Both the position numbers and the translations under genes were made by a program. Shown here piece after piece: positions 1-11,339 of a stretch of DNA of 64,000 nt (position 1 is its first letter; each line of letters begins with the position of its first letter). Under the pieces are notes generated by a model. It saw nothing but the letters and a program-made list of their open reading frames with translations, searched no databases and had not been told where the DNA came from. This stretch comes from Heteronotia binoei (taxonomy: Eukaryota): contig NC_083228.1 of the NCBI RefSeq assembly GCF_032191835.1, positions 63,240,001-63,304,000 on the forward strand, written 5' to 3'.

Positions 1-295
1 TATCTTTAAACCAGCCACTTCTCCAAACTTTTCAATTTTTTCTTTCACCACCATCACTGAAGGTAGCGGATCTTCTAGCACAAGCGCTAAATTGTCTGCA
101 AATGTCAATAATTTATAATTTTCACCTCTAATTTTTAATCCTTTTATTGTTGTTTCTTTTCTGATCTGGACATTTAATAGTTCTAGTACTAAAATGAATA
201 GTAAGGGAGATGGAGGACAGCCTTGTGTTGTGCCTTTCTTGATCTTAACAGGATCAACTAAGTCACCATTCACAATGATTCTCGCCATTTGGTTT

Positions 296-495
296 AATAA
301 ATAATAATAATAAATTTTATTTATATCCCGCCCTCCCCACCGAAGCAGGCTCAGGGCGGCTAACAGGACATGGTGTGTACCATGATTATTATATAAGTCA
401 ATTATAAAATACAGTTAATAAATACATTTAAAAAACAGTACATAATTTTTTTTTAAAACTACAATAAATTAAAGGTGCTACATTCAGTTTTGCAT
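296..495 (-). mobile_element. L2 LINE 3' tail inserted in the RT of L1 copy 1
   Basis: Reverse complement of ...agccgccctgagcctgcttcggtggggagggcgggatataaataaaatttatt(att)n. Splits the L1 RT between RQI and NQMARII. Confidence 0.8.
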
Positions 496-1169
496 ATATC
501 ACTCAAATTTGCCTGATAAAAGTTTCCCCACACTCCATTGCTCCTAACTGACACAACATAAATACCCAATTCACATTGTCAAATGCTTTTTCTGCATCTA
601 AAAAGACTATTGACATTTGTTTATCTGGATGTTGCTGATAGTATTCCAAAACATTCAATATTGTCCTTAAATTGCTTCTCCTCTGTCTTCTCAGTAAGAA
701 GCCAGATTGATCTTCATGTATCACTTCTTATACACTTCATGTATCACGACTCTTCATACATTGGGCTAAAATTGTTGCAAATATTTTATAGTCCACATTT
801 AGTAAAGAAATAGGTCAGTAATTTTTCACATCTCTTGGATTAGTACCTTCTTTAGGGATTAGTGAGATAATCGCTTCTCGCCATGTATCTGGTACTTCTC
901 CCTTTTCACTTATACACGCCAACAGTTGTTTGTTTATAAGGTAGTAGCAATACTTCCTCAAATTTCTTATAGAACTCTGCTGGGATCCTGTCCGGGCCTG
1001 GTACCTTCCCGTTCTTTTGAGTCTATTGCAGCTCCTATTTCTTATATTGTTATAGGATCATTTAAAATATTTCTTAGTTCTTCAGTAAGTGGGGTCACAC
1101 TTTGTTTTAGATATTCCTCCTGTAGAGATCCTAGGACTTCTTTTCTTTTAAATATATTTTTATAAAATG

Positions 1170-1248
1170 TAACAGCAATAGCAAACCTTTATTGGCATAA
1201 CCAGAGACATACAGAGACTTGCCAACCAAACAACAATCCAATATTTTT
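1170..1248 (-). mobile_element. Short LINE-like 3' end filling the L1 internal deletion
   Basis: Minus strand ...ttatgccaataaaggtttgctattgct, unrelated to the flanking L1 reading frame. Confidence 0.4.
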
Positions 1249-2294
1249 TACTGTTCCATTAAAGTCTCCCATTATCATAATTTGTTCATGCACCACTTGG
1301 TCTAATTGTTGCATAACATCTTTTAAAAAAGAGTCTTTTGCTCCATTTGGGAGCATATATTCCCAGCAACAAAGTTTTTTTGTAGTTCAACGTCACTTCC
1401 TCCACAATATATCTACCATCATCATCTTTAAAAATTAATTTTGGGTCTAATTCTTGTTTGATGTAAAAAATTACACCCCTTTTTTCTCCTTGGCTAATGA
1501 ACAAAATTCCATACCAAGTTGTTTATTCCATAAAAAATTGTAATCCATTTGTTTGATATGTACTTCTTGCAGGCAAATTATGTTACATTTTTGTTTCCCA
1601 ATCCAATGAAAGGTTGCCCTTCTTTTTTGTGGTGAATTAAGTTCATTTATATTCCAAGATATTAATTTGTAATCCATAATGGTTTTTATTCTTGATCTGT
1701 TCCCCCAAAGTCCTTATGCTCCCCTCAAAACTTCATCATTTCCTGAGTATTTGTGATGGTAAATCTCCGTCCTTTAAATTTAAAACTTAAACCCTCTGGG
1801 AGTTCCCATCTGTATCTCATTTCTTTTTCTCTCAACTCTTCTGTCAACTGTTTATAAAGTCTCCTGTTGTTGATGACTTTCCTTGGCAATTCTTTCATGA
1901 TTCTTATTCTACTGCCATCCACCTCCAGTGTGCTATTAAATTATTAAGAATCCTTCCCACCATATCCCTTGTTACAAATCTCACCACCATGTCTCTTGGT
2001 AGCTTATTTCTTTTGGCGTACTCCGAATTTACCCTGTAGATGTAGTCATAGAAATGGTCAGTTTTGTCTGGGTCTTCTTCTAGAAATTCAGCAATAATTT
2101 CAATCATATATGTCCTTAAATCAATCTCAATAGATTCAGGCACCCCTCTTAACCGTATCTGGTTTTCCATTAGTTTACAGTCTAGTAATAGTGCTTTCTC
2201 CTGCATTTTTTGAATAGTGGAATCCACTTTTTCCATTCTTGTACCTTGGGCTTTTACCTTTTCCTCCACCTCTTGCACTTTCTGTAACTCTTCG

Positions 2295-2960
2295 TGTCAA
2301 GAAAGGAAGGAAGGAGCCATTAGGAGAAGGGAAAAATAACAAGCCTCCCAGTCCTCTCTAGGACCTAAAATCATAGAGAAGTTCCAGCGGCCATTACAAG
2401 AAGGTCAAAAGTTTAAAAACTAATTAAAAGAAAATGGGACATTGAAAAATAGTGGAGCCGGCAGATATTGTCATTAAAAAGTAAAATCTATTGGATTATA
2501 TGCTTAGAATTAACTTTGGTACAGTTTTGGAGAAAAAAGGAAAAAACTTTTTAAAAGGACCGAAAAACCGCGGTGGCCATTTTTAAGAAAAAAATTTTAA
2601 GTTAATATCTGGACCTAGGAGCATCAGAGAATGGCAATTTTGGGCTTATATAAAAGGGCATGGTCTAATCTATAGGACTGTGTATTTGAAATTTGAATCT
2701 GAGAGGTCAACCTTTGAGCCTATTTAAGCAATAGCCAAACAGTGATGTCAGAGCAAAGACCAGCAGCAAAGCAGATCAGAACGAGGGCTGGGTCACTTGA
2801 AGAAGAAAAAATGGCTAAATGGCAAGATGCAATGGATGCTATGGAAGCAAGGTTGGCAAAGATAATTAGAGAAACAAAAATAGAAATAAAAAAAGAATTA
2901 AAAAAAGATATTGAGTCCAGCACAGAAGAAATTAAAAAAGAAATTAAAAAAGACATCGAG
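2295..2960 (+). mobile_element. Inverted L1 5' segment (5'UTR plus ORF1 N-terminal coiled coil)
   Basis: Plus-strand ORF from 2742-2745 MSEQRPAAK...EIKKEIKKDIE. The heptad pattern continues on the minus strand at ~2294 (EELQKVQEVEEK). Confidence 0.75.
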
Positions 2961-5900
2961 TTTCCGTCTTCCCTTCTTCTGTCTTTCTATCCACTTTCCT
3001 CTCAAAGACTGCATTATAGTCTCCAATAATACAATGCTCCTGATAGTCTAATTCAGCCAATTTAGAGTGCAGTCTCTTAAAGAATCTCAACTGGCAAACA
3101 CTGGATGCATAAATATTGGCTAATAAGATCTTCTTGTCCTCAAGAGTAATTTCCATCAGTTGTGTTCTTCCATCATCCAAGGAATAAACATGCTTGGGAT
3201 CCAAATATTCCTTTACATATGTTGCTATGCCTCTCTTTTTCTTCTAAGACAAACAGGGTGCCTAATTTTTTATTTCTAAGGTGCAATTCATCTTTTTTTG
3301 CTATGTGCATTTCTTGAAGGCAAACTATGTCAGTCTTTAATTTAATCAATTGCATAAAATGTTTTCTTGTTTTGGAGGGTGAATTTAAGCCATTCACATT
3401 ATTCACCACTCTCTATTATTCAGACACTTTCTTACTACCGTTTATATCTTTTTCAATTGTGATCTTGTCCTTGGGGAGATTTCCAAGGGCGCAATTTTTG
3501 TCTGTACATGTTCAGTTCTTGTGTAGCTTCACTTTACAGTGATAATCCAGAGAAACCTGCCTGTAGACTATCTTCTTGTAAAGGCAATCTTACTTCTTTG
3601 GCAGTTGTTCCTCCATTTCTCCCTTTATCTCCTATTTTCTCTGACTCCTTTGTTTGACGTCCCAGTTTTGGCATATCTCTCCATAAAGTCTTCAGCTTTA
3701 AATACTGAAGTAATCCAAAACTTATTACCTTCAAATGTGAAAAAAAGTCCTTCTGGCGTAAGTCATTGAAATTGATCTTATTTTTGTTCAAAAGAGCTGT
3801 TAATTCTGCATAGCCCCTTCTCTCTCTCATTGTCTATGGGACCTCTTTAAGTATCTTTATTTCATTTCCAGCATAGTGAAGTTTGACGTCTCTAGTTGCT
3901 TTCAAAATTTCATCTTGTACCATCCTTTTTGTAAACTTGACATTAATTTCTCGACATAATGAATTTCTTCTCACAAATGCCGGCATCGCTCTATATGCCA
4001 AGCCTATTTCGAACTCCACCTTTTGTGTCTGTCTCCATCACCTCTGCTAGGAGTTCTCCAATCACCTGTGGTAAATTTTGTTTTATGCTCAGGTATGTTC
4101 TGGAATCTGAGTATATATGCCGCTCTCTCCATTTCAAGTTTCAGTGTTCTATCATCCATAGTTCTGTGTTAGGTCTTCAGTTCTTCCACTTTGGTATCTG
4201 TCATTGTCACCATGTCTCCCATAGTATTCATAGCCTTAGCTAACTTCTCTGTTGTTTATTTTCTTTCAACTGTTTCTGGAAATCATCTATTTTTTCATCC
4301 ATTCTAGTAACTTTATCTGTAACTTGTGTTACTGCTGTTTTTGTCTGGTTAAATTCCGCTGCCAACATACTTTGCAGCTCCTTTAATGCATCTTTTGTTA
4401 TAGTAGTGTAGATTTAGATATATTTGGTGATGGGTTTGGAGTTGTTTTTTTAATTTGTTTTGTATCCATATTCCCCAAATTTCTTGACTCTTTCAGTTCA
4501 ATGTCTGTCCTAGGCAATTAGTTTAAAATAACACTTATAATTGAAAAATCTACCTCAAAATTTCTTAAAATGCAATTTCCAGTTACACAATCCACATACA
4601 GCAGCTCAGGAACAAAAAAATAGTTCTCCCAAATCACCTTGCAAATGACTTACAACAGCCAAGACAGAGGTCCTTTGCCTGGGTCATCGTGGCCCGGGAA
4701 GGGAAATCCCCTTACCAGCCTTTGATGGTGCGCCATTGATAATGGCGCACAAGGTCAGGAGCTTGGGGGTACTATTGGAGCCTTCCTTGACAATGGAGGC
4801 TCAAATAGCAGCCACTGCCAAGTCCGCATTCTTTCATCTTAGGCGGGCGAGGCAGTTGGCCCCTTTCCTGGAGCATGACGATCTGGCAACGGTGATCCAC
4901 GCAACCGTCACCTCGAGGTTGGACTACTGTAATGCCCTCTACATGGGGCTGCCCCTGTGCCGAACCCGGAAGTTGCAGCTAGTGCAGAATGCTGCTGCCC
5001 GGCTGCTATTAGGGCTTCCTAGCTGGGAGCACATCCAGCCGGGGCTCCGGTGACTGCACTGGCTGCCAATAATATACCGAGTTCGGTACAAGGTGCTGGT
5101 TATTACCTTTAAAGCCCTATATGGCCTAGGACCTGCCTACCTTAGGGACCATCTCTCCCAACATGTTCCCCAGAGAGTGCTGAGATTGAGTTCTCAAAAT
5201 CTGCTTGCAATCCCCGGGCCAAAGGAGGCCCGACTTAAGTCGACCAGAGACAGGGCCTTTTCAATCACAGCCCCTTGCTGGTGGAACCATCTACTGGAAG
5301 AGGTGAGGGCCCTGTGGGACTTTGGGCAGTTCCACAGGGCCTGTAAGACAGTCCTCTTCCAGTTGGCATACAACTGATCGGTACTTGAAAATTTCGAATA
5401 GAAGGCTGTAGTGCGGTACTTTGGTAAATGGCTTTGTTTTACTGTTTTTACTGGTTGTTTAAATGTTGTAAATTGATGTATTTTAAAACTTAATCCTATG
5501 TTAGAACTTTTGTGTTGTGAGCCGCCCTCAGCCGCTTTGGTGGGAAGGGCAGGATATAAACTAAATAAAATGAAATGAAAATGAAAGATCTCAGCTTCCC
5601 TTTCTTAATTTGTCTTACTTCTTATAGTCCATCATATATTTTGTTCATTAGAGAATTAAAGTTCCATTACAAAGATGACTTGCCTGTCATTCTTCAGTTG
5701 GTGAAGTATTCATTCTAATCTCAGTCCACGTCTGTCACAACCACTTTATTTGTCCAGACAACCCCTCAGTTGCAATAAATCAATCCACCTTAATAGTTAG
5801 TATAATCTCAGTCAAATTCTCAGTTTGATTCATTGCAGCAAGAGTTTAAATGTCTTTTACCTAGTCTAATATCCTCTACAGAATATCTGTCCCAAACTTC

Positions 5901-6230
5901 ATTCAGCTTCACTGTTAATCCAGATGACCTTAAATTTGTAACAATCCGATCCGCCTTAAAAATTCTCTGTAGAAACTATGCGTCACTTCCTCTTGTCTCT
6001 GTTGGAATCATAATTTACAGTTACAATTTATCTCCATTAGTCAACCGCCTAAATCCAAAAACCCCCCATCAAAGTCAGCTTCTGAAAAAAAAGGGAACAT
6101 AAAATCCTAGTTAAAAAAAAAAGCTATTTTCCTTATAAAAATAAGGAAAAAACCACTCTTCAGAGTGGAGACGGCTGCTGCAATTGCAGCCAATTCCGTC
6201 CTGCCCCCTTTCTTCGTTCACACGTCCCAG
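2961..6230 (-). mobile_element. L1-clade LINE copy 2 (different subfamily): 5'UTR, ORF1, start of EN; interrupted by an L2
   Basis: ORF1 fragments (REINVKFTKR...IKILKEVP), EN (NVNGLNSPSK, VCLQEMH, IIGDYNA). The 5'UTR extent beyond 5587 is approximate. Confidence 0.8.
4665..5586 (+). mobile_element. L2 LINE, 5'-truncated
   Basis: VRSLGVLLE...SRLDYCNALY...LQLVQNAAARLL C-terminus; 3' gagccgccctcag...gggcaggatataaac with (tgaaa)n tail. Confidence 0.92.
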
Positions 6231-6394
6231 ATTTCACGAAATAAAAAGGAAGTCTTCACCTAAATGCACTAAAATGAGATCACCTCCATACTGCTTTCCA
6301 CAGCAGCTCTCTGGACTCACTTCTTTGATAATATTGTAGTATACAGGAAGACAGATCTGGAGCTATTTTGCTATTGCTGATTTAAACTCACAAT

Positions 6395-6672
6395 GTAGAA
6401 GAACTGCAGATTTATATCCCACCCTTCTCTCTGAATCATAGACTCAGAGTGGCTTACAATCTCCTATATCTTCTCCCCCACAACAGACACCCTGTGAGGT
6501 GGGTGGGGCTGAGAGGACTCTCACAGCAGCTGCTGTTTCAAGGACAACCTCTGCCAGAGCTAATGGCTAACCCAAGGCCATTCCAGCAGGTGCAAGTGGA
6601 GGAATGGGGAATCAAACCCGGTTTTTCCAGATAAGAGTCTACGCACTTAATCACTACACCAAACTTGCTCTC
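6395..6672 (-). mobile_element. tRNA-head / L2-tail SINE (Squam3-like)
   Basis: A box tggtgtagtga, B box ggtttgattcc, central cctcacagggtgtctgttgtgg, L2-like tail. Near-identical to the copy at 21768. Confidence 0.88.
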
Positions 6673-7074
6673 ATGTATTGTATGTATCCTTGCATATGTC
6701 CAGGATGATTACTTGTTTCAGTGACAAGAATAAATGTTCTGTTTCTTTGTCAGTTCATTTGAGGGGGAGGTCTCTGAAGCAGGAGCCTGACACTTACAAT
6801 ATGCTAAGTTTGGTAACTAGTGTTAAGCAGAAAACTGATTATATTTACTTTGGACTTTGTCCAGGCCCTAGTTTTTTCTTCATTAGGGTGACAAATCAGC
6901 ATAGGCAGTATTAACACTAAAGAACCCCAGATTAAAATGGCCATCCTGTTTTCTTGTGCACATTCCGACTCCATATAGGAGTCTAGTCTTCTGCTATTTA
7001 TTGAATTCCATGTTTTTAGTCCACTCTTTATTTTAAAGAAGTTTCCTTTGTGCCTATAAACCTGCTAACTACTT

Positions 7075-7130
7075 CACACATCTGACAAAGTGGGTTCTAG
7101 TCTATGAAAGCCTGCATCACAATAATTCTT
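7075..7130 (+). mobile_element. Penelope-like pLTR fragment with degenerate hammerhead-ribozyme motif
   Basis: ctgacaaagtgggttctagtctatgaaagc resembles CUGAnGA-stemII-GAAA; core G8 is substituted. Confidence 0.55.
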
Positions 7131-7384
7131 CTAGCTAGAATCTGCTAGGATTATCATCTTCCCTAGTCAGGCAAGTCTAAACTTGTGCTTGGGTGACATT
7201 TTAGGAGCTAGTACTATAAGCTTGCCCTTTGGGTCTCTATGCAGTCAATCCTTACGGTTACGACATTTTGAAAAGCAAAAAAGAGGCCATATTTCCCTGA
7301 CTACTTCAAATAAGATGAATCTCATTTTAAATACCCCTACTATTGAAGCTGTGATAATTGCTACTTAACCAGGAATATTCCAAG

Positions 7385-7468
7385 TAGTCAGCCATGTTGG
7401 TCTGAAGTAGTAGAACAAAATAGGAGTCAAGTTGCATCTTAAAGGTGCTACTTGACTATTTTGTTCTA
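7385..7468. mobile_element. Penelope-like terminal fragment with fold-back junction
   Basis: tagaacaaaataggagtcaagttgcatct-ttaa-aggtgctacttgactattttgttcta: imperfect inverted arms of the gecko PLE-end sequence. Confidence 0.55.
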
Positions 7469-9002
7469 GGAAAATTCCTAACCTTCTATCCCAAAAAAGA
7501 GGACATTTTCATCAGTTTTTTTAAAAATCAGTCCAAAAGAAGACAGACCCCCCCCCCAAAGTATATGTCTTCTAAAAAGAGGGCATCCAGAAACTATAGT
7601 CAACCCTGAAGTATACCTCCATTAATCTAATTTAGTCTAGGATTTGCCAACAACCTGTCCATAATATGTACTGCCTGAAATATTCAAAGAAGTTCTGATT
7701 TTAAGTGCAAAATTTTACTTGTGATCAAATAATTTCAAGAGTAAAACTTATAAAGAAGACAAAAGAGTAAATACAAAAGAGTTTTAATTTGCAGTTCCAT
7801 GAAGAGAGAAATTTGCAGAAAACTACAGTTTTATTAACCATATTACACTATTTCTTTGAACGAAGTCCCATTACCATACCCCCCCCCCCTACACACACAC
7901 AAGTAACTATTTCAAGTTCCAACTTAGATACATACACTACAGGACTTAAATTCAGAATTTGAAATTAAATCTTTACAGTCTTCATGAATTCTTAAACAGA
8001 AAAAAGCAGCTTTACATTAATTGCCATTTTCTCTGGGATCGTTTGCTATAGTACAAAATACGATTCCTTGTATCCAGAAGCCACCACATCTCTCAATTTT
8101 CCTCAGCATACAAATGCTGATAGAGCTGATTTTGTAACAAACTGGTGAAGGGGTTACAATGATAAGAAATTAGGAAAAACCCTCTATATTGATGGTCTTC
8201 TGAAAGCTACCATTGTGCTTCAAAATGCAATACATAAAAACTTACTATGTAACAGACTATAATATCAAGAAGTCCTCATATTCTGACATTTTTATAACTG
8301 GATCTTGCTCTGCATAGTTCTTTTTTTGTGGAAACTAAATATTAAAACAACCCAATTTTAATAGTCTTAAATGTTCTATTCAAGTCAGTGACAAAACTCT
8401 CATATTTTAATGGCTCTAGTAGGATTCTGGCATTTGCTCTGAACATATTTTTAAAACCAATGGCTGTCTTTAGTGTCTTGAACACACTACAGTTTGTTCA
8501 CTGTAAGGAAAAAACAACTGTCCTATTTATCTGGCTTAGACATTTTCTTCCTCTTGCCCTCACACACAGAGTGCTGACAGATGACTTTATGGTTTAGGAA
8601 AACTCTGATGAAACCAGTTTGTGGTGGTCTAACTGGGGAACTTTATCAAAATGAAGTTTCTTTCTAGTCCACAAATTGGGATTCTACACAAGGATTAAAT
8701 CATATTTCAGGGTCATTTTTTGAGGGTGAGAGAGCCTGAATTAATTGCCAGAATTTAATTTTAATTTTGGTTTTATTTTATTTTGCTGTTAACTGCCCTG
8801 AGCCCTGTAAACTCAAGGAAGGGCAGTACATAAACTGAAATTGTAAATACATAAATAAAATTCAGACTTCACCACAAAATCACCACAAAATCTGGTGACA
8901 TAACAGTTCTCCTAAACCATGTAAGCTTCAGTGTCAGTTCTGTGCATAAGCCTGAAAATAAACCATGTCATGAATAAAATCCATACTATGAATAAAATCA
9001 AG

Positions 9003-9008
9003 TTTATT
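9003..9008 (-). terminator. Candidate TDRD1 polyadenylation signal (AATAAA); a second candidate lies at 7830-7835
   Basis: TTTATT on + strand ~140 nt past the stop codon, followed on the minus strand by U-rich sequence. Position only; no transcript evidence. Confidence 0.5.
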
Positions 9009-9146
9009 CATGACAACCAAATACAACCTTATTGATTGCAGTGATTATTCCCAAATAAATGTGCTTATGACTGCAAGCTTAAGTCAGCGGCCTCTGTGAT
9101 ACCATAAATATTAAAAAGTCCATAATGCCATGTTTGCAGCAGAGTT

Positions 9147-9236
9147 CTAGCTCTCCAATAGCATTATCTCAAGAAGTTTATCTTCACCAAAACGGTCTTT
9201 CAGAAGAAAAGAGAGAATCCTTTCAAGTCTTGTAAC
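9147..9236 (-). CDS. TDRD1: TDRD1 terminal coding exon: VTRLERILSFLLKDRFGEDKLLEIMLLES*
   Basis: tcctccccctag|GTTACA...AGC TAG; 90 nt in phase 0. Resembles the mammalian VEKHEHILLFLL... tail. Confidence 0.85.
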   Translation of the reverse strand, partial: VTRLERILSFLLKDRFGEDKLLEIMLLES

Positions 9237-11339
9237 CTAGGGGAGGACAAAGAATTCTAGTAGTTATAATGGTACTTTATTATGTCATACATGGTAGTGG
9301 TGGCCAAATTCACATTATATTTTGTTTCATCTTCTCCAAGGATCTCCCTCTTATGCAAAAACTGAATGTCACTAAAGAGGTACAAATTCTTCTAGAATCC
9401 CAGACAGAAACCTCATAGTTTCCCCTATTATATTACCTATCATTTTGGTTTACTTCCTTAAGCTAAGTTTACATCACCCATTCATCACATGCTAATTTTT
9501 TTTCATCAATGGCCTAGTCCAACCCAACTACTTTACAGGTAGTAAACAGGGTTGCACTTACCTGTAACTGTTGTTGATTGACATCTGTGCAGACACACAT
9601 TGGGACTGTGCTTGAGCAAGCCTGCCTTGACAAGATTTTTGTAGCTATAGCTTCAATAGGGGGCACCCTGAACTTCAGCACATGTGCAGGTTTTCCCACC
9701 ACACACATGAGATCTGAGATGGTGCCTCACCCACAGTTTCCCATGCTGCTACAAAGCAAGACAGACTTGTGAGAGAACTCACACTAGGGAAGGAGGGAGG
9801 GAATGTGTGTCTGCACAGAAGACATAAGATGAACAACAGTTACATGTAAGTGCAACCCTGCTTTCATCATCTAACCTCTAATGCAGCCCCACATTGGGAC
9901 CATTGAATAGCTTACCCATAAGGAGATGGAGTAGTTCTCTAACTGAAACAACAAATGGAGTACTGCCTTACCCACTTCACTATCTTTTCTGGCTTGCTGA
10001 TCTAGGATGTAGAGCTTAATTAATGTCTGTTCTGTTGGCCAAGTGGCAGCCTTACAGATCTCCATCATTGGAACCTGGCAATGGAAAGCTGCTGACACTA
10101 CTAATGCAAGTGGTGATTGCTTCCCTAATGCACCATAAGATGACCTGATTGCTTCTGTGACTCATCTGGCAATTCTCTGAGAGGAAGCTGCTTGACCTTT
10201 CTTGGGACCCCAATAACAAATAAAGTCTTATCTTACCTAATAACCTTGGTTCTATTTAAATAACAAAGGAGTGCTCTCCAAGCATCAAATGTATGCAGGG
10301 ATGACTCCACCTCAGAGGAAGGTGAGGGAAGGAAGACAGGGAGTTATATAACCTGAGCTAAATTAAATTTTGATACTATCTTTGACAGAAAATTTAGTGT
10401 AGGGTGTAAAACAACACACTCTTTGAATATCTTCAGAAATGGTGGGTCATAGTACAATGCTAACTTGCTGACTCATCTAGTGGAGGTTAATTGTCACAAG
10501 AAATGTGACCTTTCTAGAAAGGCAGGCCAATGAGTAGGATACTAAGAGTTCAAAAGGTCTGAAAAAACCCTCAGGTAGGGACCACTAAGATACAATAGTG
10601 GTGGTGGTGGAGGGACAGTAACCAGGCCCTTAAAAAACCTCTGTGCTGGTTTATGAGAAAATAGTGAAGATCCTGTGACCTCATCATAATAGGCCAACAG
10701 TGCTGCCAGGTGAATCTGCACCTGTGAAACAGCCAAACCTGACTTAGCTAGACTTAGCAAGTAATCGAACACTATTGGGATTTGGCATGTAAAGGCACTG
10801 GTCCCAGTCCATACACCAAGCCTGGAACAGGGCCAGTTAATGTGATAAGCATATCTGGGGGATGGTTTGCTTGTCTCAAGTAAAACCTTCATCACTCCAG
10901 TGGAGAGACCAGACCCGTGGTCACTGTCTGATACTCCAGGATGTGAGATGTAGTCTCAGGGCTTCTGTGTCTAGAACTCCATCTTGCACTAATATGTCCT
11001 TCCACTCTGGAAACTGCACAGACACTCCTTTTGTGAAGCAGGAGTTCTACAAACCAAGGCTGTCTTGGCCAAAAGGGTGCTACAAGGATGCAGTTTGTGC
11101 CCCCTACTAAAATCTTCCCCTGAATCCTGCTCACAGTTGTCATAAGGGGAAAATGTAGAACAGGGGACCCTTCCAGTGGATTGGGGGTTGGTCCTGGGTA
11201 GTAAGCAGAAAACAGCTGCTTTGGTATTTTCTGATGTAGTGAACAGGTCCACCTCAAGTTGCGCCCAGGTTCTGAATACTGGACAAAGGTACACATCTTG
11301 TAGGAAACACTTGCAAAATAAGAGGCAATAGGCCCACTG

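Larger units (their letters stand above)
1..2294 (-). mobile_element. L1-clade LINE copy 1 (degraded): ORF1 C-terminal half, APE endonuclease, RT; internal deletion at ~1170-1250
   Basis: ORF1 (IRLRGVPE...RVNS...PRDMVVRF), EN (LISWNINELNSPQKRR, ICLQEVH, MGDFNG), RT (PGPDRIPAEFYK, FLDAEKAFDNV, QGCPPSPLLF, FADN). Frameshifts and stops present. Confidence 0.93.

Noticed and set aside
1-8900. Exons of the expected downstream neighbour (VWA2 in mammals)
   Set aside because: No VWA-like coding sequence found; the region is L1/L2/SINE and AT-rich spacer.
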